DNA of 64,000 nt, taken from positions 24,056,001-24,120,000 of the forward strand of contig OZ024743.1 of assembly GCA_964016885.1 (NCBI GenBank). The letters run 5' to 3'. Source of the stretch: Eledone cirrhosa. Its lineage: Eukaryota. Within the stretch, counting starts at the first letter, position 1. Each line of letters starts with the position of its first letter. Made by a program: the position numbers and the translations under genes. The notes under the pieces are model-generated. The model saw only the letters and a list, made by a program, of their open reading frames with translations. It ran no database searches and was not told where the DNA came from. Below, in pieces: positions 14,679-28,335 of the stretch.

Positions 14679-14853
14679 AATATATGAACAACCGTCCAGT
14701 TGTGGAACCAACCAACCAACCGGAAATTTATAAATTCTTAAATTTATAAATTTAATTTATAATAAATTGGAGTGAAAGCAACTGGTGCGTGTGTTTCTTA
14801 TTGGCAACATGACCCTCCCAAAGTATAACAATATATATATATATATATATACA

Positions 14854-16045
14854 CAGGGTGTGGACGATATTTGTTCGCAATTTTCAATTGCTAATTTTAT
14901 GCCAATTTTTTTTACTTCCGTTGTCACTCTTGTCTTCATAAAAACAGTGACTATATTTCCATTATTTATTTTCAGATTAATTGATTATGAATAATTTTGA
15001 ACCTCCAAATTTGTGGAAGAGAGTTTTTCTTGAGAGTTGTGGAAGAGAGTTCTTGGAATCCGCGCCGGGAGGACAAATAAGGAAATTTCAGACTTTCTCA
15101 GCGTCAGTAGGAGAATGGTGGAAAAGGTCAGAAAGGAATTGGAAGATTCAGGATTCCACTACGAAGCAACATCAGAGAGGAAAACACATGATCGACGATC
15201 TGACACCTTCAGAATGCCCGAGTTCATTGCTGAAGTTCAGCATATCATCAACAATGAACCTAGCAAGTTGATGCGTGCCATTGCAAGGGAGAAAGGCGTG
15301 GATGAAAAGCTCATTAGGCTGGTGGTACATGAAGACATTCGCTACGTTTCATACAAGATGAGGCAAGGACAATTTCTGTCAAAGGCGATGCAAGAAAAGC
15401 GACTGAAGCACGCAAAGAAGCTGATCAACAAGTTGAAACACCCACTGGAGCCAGACATGCTGTGGTTTTTCTCCGACGAGAAAAATTTCTGCCAAGACCA
15501 GAAGATCAACTCCCAGAACAACAGGTGGCTCGCTGTCTCATCCAAAGACGTGCCCAGAGTCATGCAGACAAAGTTTCCAGCAACAACATTGGTCTTAGGT
15601 GTCGTCAGCAGTCAAGGTGACGCCATGCCACTTCACTTCTTCCCTGAGGGCCTCAAGCTGAACACCGATGGCTACATCCACGTTCTGAATGAGGTAGTAA
15701 AGCCCTGGATCGACCAGGTAGCTGCAGGTAGGCCGTATGTGTGGCAGCAAGACTCAGCGCCCTGCAATACCAGCCGAAAGACCCAAGCCTAGCTGTCAGA
15801 GAACTTCGTCAACCACACTTCACCTGACATCCGGCCTCCCAGCTCACCTGACTGCAACCTCCTCGACTTCTTTGTGTGGAGCACAGTGGAACGAGACACC
15901 AACAGATCTAGCTGCAATACGAAAGATGATCTGAAGGCCAGGATCACAAGTGCCTTTAGGGGCCTAAGTCGGGGGACAGTGACGAAGGCCTGTAGCCGGT
16001 TCCGAGGTCGTCATCAAAGCCAATAGCGGGTTTATAGAGTGAGAT
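14854..16045 (+). mobile_element. Tc1/mariner superfamily, DD37D (maT-type) transposase pseudogene
   Basis: CAGGGTG left end after a TA/CA tract; ORF 15037-15792 with WFFSDEKNF and QQDSAP. Reading through TAG 15790 gives PPSSPDCNLLDFFVW, with 37 residues between the 2nd and 3rd D. Right TIR not found. Confidence 0.85.
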
Positions 16046-16110
16046 CGAAAGAACAAGTCATGAAGAAATACTGACCCAAGTTTGATAAATATATATATAT
16101 ATATATATAT

Positions 16111-16574
16111 AGTATGTAGAAATAAACACAATAAATTGTGTTTAAAATTACAAGTGTTGGAATACCATGTTGGTTTGACAGATTTAAACTCTGAAACAAA
16201 TGGAAAATACAAGATAAAAAGTACTAACCGTTTCAATAACTATTAATCTCCACTCATGCCACTTTGAACGACTGACACACGAGGTAAATTATTCCCTCGT
16301 GTAGTATTTAGTTACCTACTGTCTTAGGTGTTTGTCACTTTTAATCTTGTCTCCCGCTGACGAAATTCCTACAGATTATCTCTTACAAACACAATTTTCA
16401 GGGCGAAACAGATTAAATCTCTAAACTGTCTGGAAGATTAATAGTTACTGAAACGGTTAGTACTTTTTATCTTGTATTTTCCGTTTGTTTCATAGTTTAA
16501 ATCTGCCAAACCAACGTGGTATTTCAATCATTGTAATTTTAAACACACAATTTACTGTGTTTATTTCTACATAT
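16111..16574 (+). mobile_element. PLE-like fold-back module: inverted arms of about 140 bp around a hammerhead
   Basis: 16111-16252 is the imperfect reverse complement of 16431-16574; adjacent to (TA)n. Confidence 0.7.
16341..16441 (+). ncRNA. type I hammerhead with extended stems I and III
   Basis: UUAAUCUU-(GUCUC bulge)-CCG-CUGACGA-[41 nt containing UCCU/AGGG]-GAAA-CAG...CUG-UC-UGG-AAGAUUAA; GUC site at 16428-16430. Confidence 0.7.
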
Positions 16575-16904
16575 ATTATAAAATTCTCAGTATTTATACT
16601 TTGAGCTTATTAATTGTAGGGTATTAATATGAGTATCTAACTCTGCCTTTTATTTGTATATATATATATATGTGTGTATATATAGAGTAAGAAAAAGGCA
16701 AAGTAGTTTCAGATGTTAAAGTCCTTTAATGATAATGCTGTGATACATATTTCAATGACGACAGTGGCCACACGATTCCGTGTACCCAGTGCTATGACAT
16801 CATCAGATAAGTTCTTACATAATAAGGTTACGTTCCCGAGGCAATCCAAAGTGAAACGACAAGGGAATGGACAAGGCGTGTGTTCTTGTATCCCTCGTCC
16901 GTTG

Positions 16905-16950
<46 letters not shown>

Positions 16951-17024
16951 CTATTATGTGTATATTCATATATATTTCTCAAACTTTTATTTATTGGAAA
17001 AGTTTAATCTTTTATTTCCCACAG

Positions 17025-17121
17025 CCTGATGTTGGCAAGCGTCGAATGAGGAGTTACACAATGCCATCTCACTGGATATATGGTGTGGAATATCCCCCGT
17101 GCTATGGGTCTGTAGGTCAAG
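17025..17121 (+). CDS. CFAP77: CFAP77 exon 2
   Basis: tttcccacAG acceptor, GTAAAT donor; PDVGKRRMRSYTMPSHWIYGVEYPPCYGSVGQ+G (phase 1); cf. human AELGKPRERSYSLP...YG. Confidence 0.88.
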
Positions 17122-17148
17122 GTAAATAAAAACATGTTTCTTTATATA

Positions 17149-17630
17149 CCATATATGTCAGCATACAGGTCGACATTTGGTGCCTAAAAATATCTCTCCA
17201 AAACCAGAGTTCGACTTGCTTGCCTATAAAATGTGAACCTTTATCACTGAGGGGTAAACAGTGAAACACTCATTCTATACCACTTACCATAACTCTAGCA
17301 GCCTACCACAATTATTTTCTACTGAATCTCATATTTGTTAAGTCTATTTAATGAAGAGATTATAATAATATCAATGACTTGCCGTACCTCATAGGGTAGG
17401 TTCGTTAAGGTTAGGCTAGGCTAGTTTACTCAGTGAGTTAGAACTGAAGTGTTTTAGAAGTGTCTTAGTCTTTAGCATGCCACTAAATTTTTTGAATTAT
17501 TTCCCTTGCAACTGCCTTATTTTTTGGAGGGTCATCTTATCTGGCGTATATAGGCCTAAACCTGAATTACACCTCAGAATTTTTGGGGTCGACCTATGCA
17601 TCTGATTGACTTGTATGCTAGCATATACGG
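17149..17630. mobile_element. pogo/Tigger-like MITE
   Basis: TA|CCATATATGTCAGCATACAGGTCGAC ... GATTGACTTGTATGCTAGCATATACGG|TA: imperfect TIRs with TA flanks, 27 bp after the CFAP77 exon 2 donor. Confidence 0.6.
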
Positions 17631-18457
17631 TAGATATGTATGTATCTTGGAATAGGACTGGTCTTGTGGTCTACTTTCCTTTACCGTGTTCATACATCTT
17701 TCACTTAATCCATTAATCCTTTGAAAAATTTTGAGTGGCAGAACATTATATTTCTCTTGGCATAGCTCTCAAGTTTTGAAATTAGGCAGTGTTGGTATCA
17801 TGATAAAATGCACCTAGTCCAATCACTAAAATGGTAGTGCCAGTGCCATGACAAAAAGCACCCAAGCACCCTGTAAAGTGGTAGTGCTGGGGTCTCAATA
17901 AAATTCTCCCAGTGTACATTGTAAAGTAATTGGCATTAGGAAGGGCATCCTGCCAAGAACAGAGCATAGAAGCAAGACATGGTCACCTTACCAGTCTAGC
18001 CTTAGTATGTGACAGCTATGATAATAATGTGCTCAACCTGCTAGAAATACCAGTCAAATTACATTCTCTTTAAAAAAAAAAAGAGGAAAGGACACATTAT
18101 ATGATGTTATACAGCCCCCACCCACAATAAAGATTGAATGCTTACATTTGGAACCATGTCTGCTTCATCAGGGCTGGTCTGGGACTAAACAACAAAAGTA
18201 ACCTGTTTGTTGAGATTAAACTTTGATATTTTATTCTATCAACATTGAAAAGATGTTGCATAATCCCAGGTCAGCTATGACCAAGCAGATCTATGATGAA
18301 AAAACCCATTCCAGTTGTGACCTCTCCATCTTGTTTTCAGAGAATGTACCTAGAGCTCCATTATCCCCTATATTATTATTTTCAGACAAGCTGGAGCTTG
18401 GAGAGTATGTGGTTATTTTCTTGTATTGATTGGCACATATTGATGTATTGATCAATA

Positions 18458-19090
18458 GCTTCCTGTACCTAGGAGATCAGATTAGCATGGGATGGGGTGT
18501 GTGTGTGTGTGTTCCGAGGCCATAGTATCTAGAATAAGGATGGGTTGGAAGAAGTTTATGGAGCTGCTTCCTCTCCTGACAAAGAAGGGTTTCTCTCTGT
18601 GTACGAAAGGCCGGCTATATGATCCCTATGTGAGGAGCGCGATGTTGCATGGTAGTGAGACATGGGCAGCAACTGCAGAGGATATGCGACGGCTGGAGAG
18701 AAATGAGGCAAGCATGCTCCGTTGGATGTGCAGTGTAAATGTGCGTGAACGACCCAACATGGATGTGTTGAGAGAGAAACTGTGTCTGAGAGGGATAGAA
18801 CGTAGTGTGCGAGAGGAGAATGCGGTGGTATGGACATGTGATATGCATGGAGAATGACCGATGGGTGAAGAAGTGCCAGGAAATGCCAGTTGAAGGAAGA
18901 CGTGGTAGAGGTAGACCACGAAAAACATGGACGGAGGTGGTGAGAACAGACCTCAGATCACTGAAGCTCATGGTGGAGATGACAAAGGACCATGACAAGT
19001 GGAGAGATGCTGTGCTGAATAAGACCCGTCTCACCCTTGCAAGCAGGGAAAAGCGGACGAAAAATGATGATAATGATGATGATGATTACT
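18458..19090 (+). mobile_element. RTE (BovB-like) LINE 3' fragment
   Basis: VRSAMLHGSETW, RMRWYGHV, VEGRRGRGRPRKTW; frameshifted; (GAT)n tail. A more decayed copy lies at about 36975-37330. Confidence 0.85.
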
Positions 19091-19502
19091 CATATTATGC
19101 ATATTTACACTAAGGATGATTCGAACACAGAATGTCAAGGAATGTTAATAAAAAATACATCATCATCACCATCATATGATGCAGGCCATACTGGCATGGG
19201 TTGGATGGGCTGCTATGGTTCTATTCAATTCTAATTTAGTATGACTGCTCTCTTAGATGGGTCAAAGACCATGACGTGCCCGTACATTTTATTTTAGCAT
19301 GGCTTCTATGACTGGGTGTCCTTCCTAACACCAGTCACTTTATACAATGCCCTGGGTTCATTTTATTGGGGAAACAGCATGAGAGTGGTTGCCATGTCCT
19401 CAGCAAAACTAAAGAGTATTGTTTCAACTCACATGCTACTCCCTTCACAGAATGTACTGGGTGCATTTTATTGTGGCTCCAGACCTAGAGAGCTATATAT
19501 TA

Positions 19503-20720
19503 ATAGCAGAGTAGTCCATTGTTGCTGGGCAATTTTCACCGCAGAATGCCTTTCTTCCAATTTTTTTTAAATTCCACGTCAGACCATTTCTCCCCATACC
19601 TTATCTCCCATTACTTATTGGGACACAGATTTTACCAAAACTGACTTTATTTTGTTTATCTGGGTAAGAAGAACGGAAAAATAAAGCTAATTAAGAAATG
19701 CAACAATTAGTAAGGTAAAGTTGTTTTATTAGGAGTGCATTTATCCAGATTTATACATGAAAGGAATTTTCTTTCTTCCTTCTTCAGTAAGGTCTTCTTC
19801 AATGGATAGGCCTCTTCATCTAGATGGATTTCTGTATTATTTGGGGCAATTTATCACTTCTCGATAAATAATATATTTTGTTTTTCTGTTTGGTATATAC
19901 ATGTTAAGACTTTTTCTTACTTCCTACTCTTGAACATTTGGGTGAAACAAGGTTCTTCAAACTGTAAACCAGCAACCGAAAATGTTTGCCCTTGTGATTT
20001 GTTGATGATCATGGCAAAACAAAGGTTCACTGGAAATTGAAGTTGTTTGATTTCAAATGGGACATCAGTAGGGATCAGAGGAATTCTTGGGACAACACAC
20101 CATCTCTTACTACATCCTGTTGAAATGGTGGCTTGATTCACATGTGGATACAATTTTTCACGACCAATCAAGTGCCGTCACATAGCCTTGGTGGGTCCAA
20201 ATTCCTCAATAACATGATGAGTGCTCCTTCTTTAAGGTCAAAGGCATGTGGAAGCATTCTTTATTGTTCTAAAGAGTTGAAGAACTCTGTTGAGTAATTG
20301 ACAGCTTCTGATTGTTCCACCATAGTGTCGACTGATTGATAGAGCTTTGAAAGCTCTGGAATTCTTTTTAACAGCTCTTGATTTATCAATTTAATTGTCA
20401 CATTTTTCGGGGCCAATATAGTCCTTTAACTGAGCCACATGTGACTTGCAAAGGAACACTTCTATGAGATTGGGTATGGATTCTACCCATCATGGCTATG
20501 GGTTTTATATCAATAGATCCCTTGCAATCTAAAGAAAGTCTTCTATCCCCAGCATTAACAGATTTTGTGATTACTGTCCTGCCTGTTCATCTCCACAAAG
20601 ATATGCCCTCATGTTTGTGGAGAGCTTGAAAGAACTCCAAAGTGTAAAATTTTTCAAACAAGCTCAAATTTCATTAATTCTAGTAGCCTGGGCAATTTCC
20701 ACCACATAATAAATTAAATT
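19503..20720 (-). mobile_element. decayed Helitron (PIF1-like helicase C-terminus and 3' end)
   Basis: PRIPLIPTDVPFEIKQLQFPVNLCFAMIINKSQGQTF; degenerate 3' hairpin plus CTAT at 19503-19530, resembling the intact end at 63413. Confidence 0.75.
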
Positions 20721-21904
20721 TTTCTTTTATTCTATGTCAGACTATGTCTTCTCCATGCCTCATCTCCTGTTACTTATTCCCTGTGAATTACCAATCATCT
20801 CCAAGGTTGTTTCTATAGAAAATGGATTGGAGCAACGTGAAATAAAGTGTCTTGTTCAAGGACACAATGTGTCACCAGTAATCAAAGTCATAAACTTACG
20901 ATTGTAAACTGAATACCCAACCACTAATCATGCTGCAATGAAAAGTCATACGCACATTAACAATATGAAATTGAAAGACGGACATTGAAAACAACACACT
21001 GCCAGGAATTGAACTCACAACCATACAATCGTGAGCCAAATACCCTAACCACTAAGCCACGCTGCAATAAAAAGTCATACATTAATACAAAATAGAAAGA
21101 CGGACAGAAGAAAAGATGATGAAAATAATATTCACTAATCTGATTGGCTATCTGTTTCTTTTCACCTTAATGGATATTTTTGTTGATAGAAATGATGGCA
21201 GCTTCTATAAACATTCAATTTGGTGATCTTGAATTCGAGTTATTTCTCTTAGCAAATTATATTTTTTGATTTCTAATAACCAAAAACATTCTTCTTCAGG
21301 TGCAGATGTTGAAAATCAAATCTGTTTTTCTGTAGGTCGCACGGTTTTGGAGCCTTTCAGGGGCACACGCACATACATAGATGCACACACTCTTGAATAT
21401 ATAGTAGATATTTCACCCCCTCTCGTTTTATTCCATTTCTATTCATTTCATGTTATGTAATTTCTGGAAATCCTGAACAGATTGACAGAAATTTTTCAAA
21501 ACAAATTGTTTTTTGTGCTTACACTAAAAATATGAGTTATGCATGTGCTAAGAATAGTCTACACAACTACAGCTTTCCTGCCATGATTATCTCCTCCCAT
21601 CTCTTAAACCTTAATTCTAAGCCCTAAACCCTGAAACCAATCTCAAATCAGGCTTATAGTCTATAATGCCTATTGTAAACTGTACCAAATTTTATTGAAT
21701 ATTACTGCATGTACTTTAACATATATGCAAAAATGAAAATGAATCAGTCTGGCTATTATTTGTTTTGACAAATTTCTGTTTCAGACTGTAAAGTCCTTTG
21801 TCTTGTTTCAATGAGTCTACTTAAATAAAGTAACCCTGTCTATTTTTTGTTTTTCATTTTTCATTTTCTCTCTTTTATAAATGCTATTTGTATCATTTGA
21901 AAAG

Positions 21905-22139
21905 CTCTCCGGAGTTGGGACCTTCCTACTGACTTTACCCCTTTGAAGCCTCGGACAGTGAGCGTCCGTAATTTTATTGCTCTGAACAAGGAATGTGTCC
22001 AGAAAGGCATTGTAAATGCACGAGAACAACATCATTACCGGCAATTACATGATATACGGAAGTGTACCACAAAGGATGCTGGTCAAAGGGCTTTCAAAAT
22101 AGAATTCCCTATCGATACTACTTTTGGTAAGCCAGTCAG
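21905..22139 (+). CDS. CFAP77: CFAP77 exon 3
   Basis: Weak AAG acceptor, GTAAGA donor; ALRSW...RNFIALNKECVQKGIVNAREQHHYRQLHDIR...TFGKPV; cf. human [31 protein letters not shown]; phases fit (1 in, 2 out). Confidence 0.9.
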
Positions 22140-22344
22140 GTAAGATTCATATGTGTGTCTATCTGTCTGTGTGTTTTTGTTTGTTTGTTTGTTTAATGTA
22201 TTAATTCAATATATTAAGAGTGGATATCAGAGCATTGGAAAGTATACATTGCTGTATTCAGTTACATCAGCTTTTCAACAGTTAAGTACTGGGGTTGATT
22301 TAAATGACTACTTCTCCAATTTTTTCTTTGAATCTGGGATACAT

Positions 22345-22408
<64 letters not shown>

Positions 22409-22558
22409 CTTATGGTAGCTAAGATGCGTCCATAGGTGGTATGCCAGTTGAGCACTCTATGCTCCTACGGAGCAGAGTATGTTAGAATGGAAAATGAAAA
22501 ATCAGTGATGCATCGGAACTCAATATATTGATTTTGGATCTGCTCTGAAATCAATAGA

Positions 22559-22648
22559 CGTGTCTGAGTAACCTGCGAATCCAGAGTCAGGTCGATCCAC
22601 ACGCAGATCGCTCCTCGAGCTGTTCACCAGGGAAACAATTGTAATATG
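22559..22648 (+). ncRNA. degenerate hammerhead with 61-nt stem II domain (CFAP77 intron 3)
   Basis: CGUGU-CUGAGUA(G8 lost)-A-CCUG...CAGG-GAAA-CAAUUG-UA-AUAUG; homologous to 45430-45526; flanked by inverted repeats 22484-22530 and 22649-22695. Confidence 0.55.
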
Positions 22649-22689
22649 CAATAAATTGAGTTCCAATGCATCACTGATTTTCCGTTTTC

Positions 22690-22749
<60 letters not shown>

Positions 22750-22786
22750 GTTTGTATATATATATAAATCTATATGTGTATATATA

Positions 22787-22876
<90 letters not shown>

Positions 22877-23548
22877 CATACTTAACTTTGATAGATTTCA
22901 GCCATTATTGGCCCAGGCCATGTCTAACTTAATAGCACCACCTTCTATATTTTATAGTAACATGCCTCTAATACTGCATGGAATGAGATATCCATTGAAA
23001 GGTCTCTGGTATGAAGGCTTGCTTCTTTGATATGACTAGTCTGCTGTAGTGTTAGTATAGCAAGGTTTTAATTGAGGGAAGAGTAAAATAGTTTTTTTTC
23101 CCCCCTTTTTAAGGTAGATGTAAATGTTTTGTGGTTTTTAATTACATCCATTTAAGTTCTGAGTTAAAACCGTTGTTAAAGTTGATCTTATATTTCACAC
23201 TTCCGTGGGTTGATAATATATGTAATAGTTATGCACTGGATTAGATTAAATCAACTACACCCTTTCCCTGTGTAGGGCTAGGTGCAGGGGAGGTCCTGCC
23301 AGAAGTGAAAGGTCAGTGATGTCACTTTGGAAGTGCAGGCCATGTCTCTCTCTTGGTCCATGTGCCATGGCAGAGTGTGGACATTTTGCGATGACTGGTG
23401 CGAATGAGTGTGTGAATTCTGCTATGCTCTCTGGCCAGACAAGAACAGGTGAGCATCATACAGGGAGATTCAGTCTGGACATGAGTGGAGATGCAAAGAT
23501 AGGTCCCTTCGCATTTTAAAACAGCTTGAATTTGTTACTCAATTTCAG

Positions 23549-23657
23549 GCCATCCACTCCTATTCAAGAAGTCATTGCAAACAAATTTGGGGTCCTGTGG
23601 TATCAAGAGAAAAAAGAAGCCCAGACACGGTTAGAAGAAGAAGATAGCGAACTCTTT
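23549..23657 (+). CDS. CFAP77: CFAP77 exon 4
   Basis: tttcAG acceptor, GTAAGT donor; (R)PSTPIQEVIANKFGVLWYQEKKEAQTRLEEEDSELF; RPSTP motif as in human. Confidence 0.9.
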
Positions 23658-26600
23658 GTAAGTTTACATATTTTTCTTTATATATTTTATAAGTCAGTTA
23701 TCACTAGTAGCAAGGTCAATTGATAGACATAGGTTAAGAAGTTTACTTCACAATCAATCGTTCCAAGTTCGATCCCACTGTGCATTGAGAAAGTGTCATT
23801 TACCATTTGGTGACTGAAGCAAATAAGGCATCCAAAAACTGCAGTATAGTCAGGTTGCATACAATTAGTTTGTCTGGATACAGACATGCAAAATTGGCCA
23901 TCTGGACGATGTTCTACTCTTGTTCTCGACAAATATTTCGCCTGATGTAGAGAAGCTATCCAACGACAGTCAAAAACAAGTCTCTCATTAAACAATTTAC
24001 CATTTCTGCCTGTATTTTATTTGTAGTAAGGAATGCCATTAAAGTAATATCACATAATATTCATTGTTCTTCTTTAAATCCCAAGATTAAGGTAGCCTTC
24101 TGGACAGAGCAGTCTGAGGAGCAAATTTATTATATTTTGATATCAAGGCCCGCCGACGAGGCACTGCATAGCTATGTGGCTCGCACACCCCAAAAGGTTG
24201 CTGACCACTGGTCTAGCAGAACAGGTCGGATCAAGAGCAGTAAACCTCGATAAAAATCTTGCTTGTCTTATAGTAATTAATAGTTCATGTGGTGACCATC
24301 AGTTTAATTAGATGACTTCGGCGGTGTGATCACCAGTGGCTTCGCAAATGATTAACTATTAATACCATTAATACTATTAATTCGGGAACGAATTGGCACA
24401 ACTGCTCCAGTTAACGGAGAAATCTAAGTGTATGCAGGTGTAGTAAGCAGCATACATTTTAACCATTCGAAGGATGATTCAAGAAAAGAAACAAGGGAGG
24501 TAACTCTAGCTTGCCAAGTTCAGAGTAGCGTACCTTTAAATAGCATCTGGGCGCAGCCATTGATTATTTTCGTTTATTTTGGCGAGTGCTGTAATTTAAC
24601 CCAGCACCTACGCAGTATATTACCTATTTATATCTAGGTAGCCTGACTCATTTTATAGTTAAGAAAGACTTACTGACCAACTACAAACCACATCTGTTAT
24701 ATGGCTGACGGATGAGGTTTGACACGATATTCTCTAATTATCCTGAAACGACCTAACGCTGGAAAAAGGGATTAGGTCTCTCCAGGGAAATCGAGCCCCA
24801 TAACAATTTGTATGATAGGCTTTAGCTATTTGTATTCATACAATTTCATACAATTAAAAAAAAATTATAATGGATATTTTTTAGATGTAGAAGAACCCTA
24901 TCTCTGTAATTGTCTTAATTTGGGTGGTGTATTTTAAATGCTGACAATACTTTTCTTGTTTTCCATTCTAGTTTTGCTAAAATATAGCGAATATTATAAA
25001 TCATTATTATTGTTGTTGTTGAATCGATTAAATCAACTCAATACTTGGCTGGTACTTTATTCTACCGGCGCTTGGAACTAGGTTAACTTCGCCTTTGATC
25101 TTTCTGAGGTCAATCAAATAAATTACCAGCCAAATACTGGGGGTTGATTTAATCATCATCAGCACACCACCTCTCTATAGTACTTAGTTACATACTTTTA
25201 TGTTCTAAGTTCAAATTTGATCAGTATAGACTCATTTTTCCTGCCATCAGGATCAGTAAAAAAAAATATGAGTTATATACAGGAGCTGATTGAATGAAAT
25301 ATGGCTTACCCTCTTTCATAATGTGTTGCTTCATGCCAATGTATTGAACAGTATAACAACTTCAAATATATACCTAAATACACATTTGGAATATATTGGA
25401 ACAAGTTATCAAGTTCACTAATATTTGTTAAAATTCTGGCATCTAACAACACCCCATTACTAACTACATGAAGTCAATGTAAAATATGATCTTCTAAAGA
25501 TCACTTCTTTCAAAATTTATGAATCATTAGAATCACTTATCACGCCAATAGTTCACTATAATATTTATTAATTAGTTCAACCTTAGCTATTGTTCGTTTT
25601 TATGAAGACTATTGTATTTCTTAGGTAATTAATTCCATCTAATCATATACTATATAATTCTTGTCCTCTCAAGCTCTGAATATCTTTATTATTTTTTATC
25701 TATCGTTATAATTATTGTATATATTTTCATATTAATTCTAAGAATATTATTTAGAATATTTGTTATGTAACTTATGAGAAATAACTAAATTATATTACAC
25801 AAAACTTATCTCCCTTCCATTATGTTATGTATTTGGTTTAGAATCAGTACACTGTATCTTTGTATGTCATAAGAAGCAACTAAAAGGGTTGTGTAAAATA
25901 TTGTCTTAAAATGTCCTGTTTGACTCATGCTAGCATGGAAAAGTTGATGTAAAAATGATGATGTTACTGATGATGATGATGATGATTCAAAATGGCATTA
26001 TGGTAAATTTGAAGGGACGGTGAGCAGTAGGAATGTCTCAGAGTTACAAAGTACCTTTTAACATGCAATTCATATGGTGAAACTTTAAGGTAGCAGTTAT
26101 ACTTACCATCAGTGTACTTTATCAACATATACGTATAGTATTGAGTTCTTTCTTATTTTGGTTGATAAGCATTGTATAACACATTTACTCTGTAAAGTTA
26201 TGTTGGTACCACAAAACATCCAGCCCACACTGTAAAGTGGTCGTGTAGGTGTCACGAGAAAAAGCACCCAGTCCACACTGTAAAGATGATGATGATGTTG
26301 ATGTATACTTGTTTTACAGGTGGCAAATTAGCAGAGTCGTTAGAATGTGGGATAGAATGCTTTATGGTATTCATCCCGGCTTTCTGCTCTCTGAGTTCAA
26401 ATCCTGCCGAGGTCAACTTTACCTTTCATTCTTTCGAGGTTGATAAAAAAAGTACCAGCATAGTACTGGGGTGGATTCTTCCTCTATATCTCTTTCTCAT
26501 TTCCTCTCTCTCACTTTCTATCTTTCTCTGGAAGAAATCTGCTGTACTCGGGCCTGGAAAGAGATGGGCTCTGCCAGACTTATAATGTATGTCAATACAG

Positions 26601-26778
26601 CACCCATATGACTATCAGGAGTAACGGGACCATACGTACATACTTGTTTTATGAGTTTGTGTAATAGACACAAGAAGCATGCAATAAATGAAAGGGTTGT
26701 ATATTCTTTATATAGTTTCAAATTATGTGGAGTTCAACTTTGCTCTCCCTCCTCGTTACATATTTATTAATTTTTCAG

Positions 26779-26883
26779 CATCGTCAGTATGGAATATATA
26801 AGACAAAAGCAAATATGTTAGCACAATATCAACAACCAATCAAGGATCCCCAACTTTGGAAACTTTCACGCTTCACTAAAAGT
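26779..26883 (+). CDS. CFAP77: CFAP77 exon 5
   Basis: tttttcAG acceptor, GTATGT donor; HRQYGIYKTKANMLAQYQQPIKDPQLWKLSRFTKS; cf. human [27 protein letters not shown]. Confidence 0.88.
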
Positions 26884-28206
26884 GTATGTATATGCAACAT
26901 GTGTTTAGTATGGTGCTTTATAATGTAATGTTTGCTTCTATTTTCTTTTCTTTTTCATATGTAGAATTCAACGTTAGCCAAAGTAAAATAAAGACCATGG
27001 CTACAGTGTTTAGTGACAGAACTGAGATGATAAAGGGTCTGGGAGGACTCTTCAATCTGAGCATGTGACAACCTTTTTAGTACTGGTACCATGATAAAAT
27101 GCATTAACTCAATACTGTAAAGTGGGAGTGCTGGTGCCATGATAAAATGCACCTTGTCCACTCTTACTACATTAACCTCAGTATGTGTGAATAGTACTTG
27201 AATTCATGGACCTTTTCAAGGTTCATAAATGAAAAGCAAAGTTGAATTCAGAATGTAGAGGGCAATAGTGATTTACTATAAAGCATTTCATGCCCTAACA
27301 ATTCTGCCAGTCCATCACCCTAGTGTGTTCAGATAATGAGAAGCTGCTCTACTATTGATGATATTCTGTTATTCTTTAGCTCCAGCTCAACCCTTATTTA
27401 AGTAGAACTATGATGAAAGGCATTCCAGTCATGGCCCTCATGTTCTTTTTCAGAATGCTACTTAATATATCAATTGATTTTCAGGTAGTAGATGAGGGCT
27501 CTCAAACACATGGCCTGCAGGACGCATGTGACCTGCAAAATACTTTTCTATAGCCAATGGCAGGAGATTTCAAATGGAAAATTTGTCCCCTTACATTTGA
27601 TATTTGGTACCAATTCACATATCCCACGTACTATCTTATGTATATTCATTTTGATATAAAAAAAAAAAAATTCCTGCTTATCAGCTGTATTTCAGATTAA
27701 CATTATAACTGGTGGCAACCACCTCACTTCTTCATCTCCCTTTTGGTCTGTTGTGCCTCTCACCCTGGACATAATGGTCCTTTTGAGTCCTTGAGTTTGA
27801 GACACCTGCAGTAGACTGTAAAATGGAAGATAATTTACTGCTTTTTCTGGCATGTCAAGTGAGTGTGTAGAGCAGTGATCCCTAGTATTTTAACTACCCC
27901 TTTTATTTAAATGAACTCCACCTCCCTGTCTCACTGTAATTATACCCCTCTTAGATTGTTATATGGTGAGAATAATAATTAAAAGAGAAATGACTATACT
28001 CAGAGTAGAATGGATAGTCAATAGTGTGTGATGATTATATTTTTAAACTAAGACTTGAAATTTTGAACTTAGCTCACAGACTCCTAGTACTGCTTTTATG
28101 GATCCCCAGGACTCATGAAGCCCAGGCCAGAAACTGTTGGCATAGAGGGTTGCTCATTATTTCATTGTTGGAATTAATATTGATATTGCTATTGTTATTT
28201 TTGCAG

Positions 28207-28335
28207 GCACAACCTCACCTCGAAACCTTTCGATCTAATAAAAGCAAATCAAATGCCCTTGCTAAACATGATTTAGACAAAATACCTCGACTTGGAACAA
28301 CACAGCAAGGAATATACACAGCTGCGCATCATTAA
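28207..28335 (+). CDS. CFAP77: CFAP77 exon 6 (stop)
   Basis: ttttgcAG acceptor; AQPHLETFRSNKSKSNALAKHDLDKIPRLGTTQQGIYTAAHH*; cf. human HLDTF...RQGTLRMGNYT. Six exons total 777 nt = 258 aa + stop. Confidence 0.9.
   Translation, partial: AQPHLETFRSNKSKSNALAKHDLDKIPRLGTTQQGIYTAAHH

Noticed and set aside
24700-24790. Hammerhead-like remnant (CUGACGG...GAAAC, GACCUAA/UUAGGUC)
   Set aside because: Core incomplete; at best a decayed relic.
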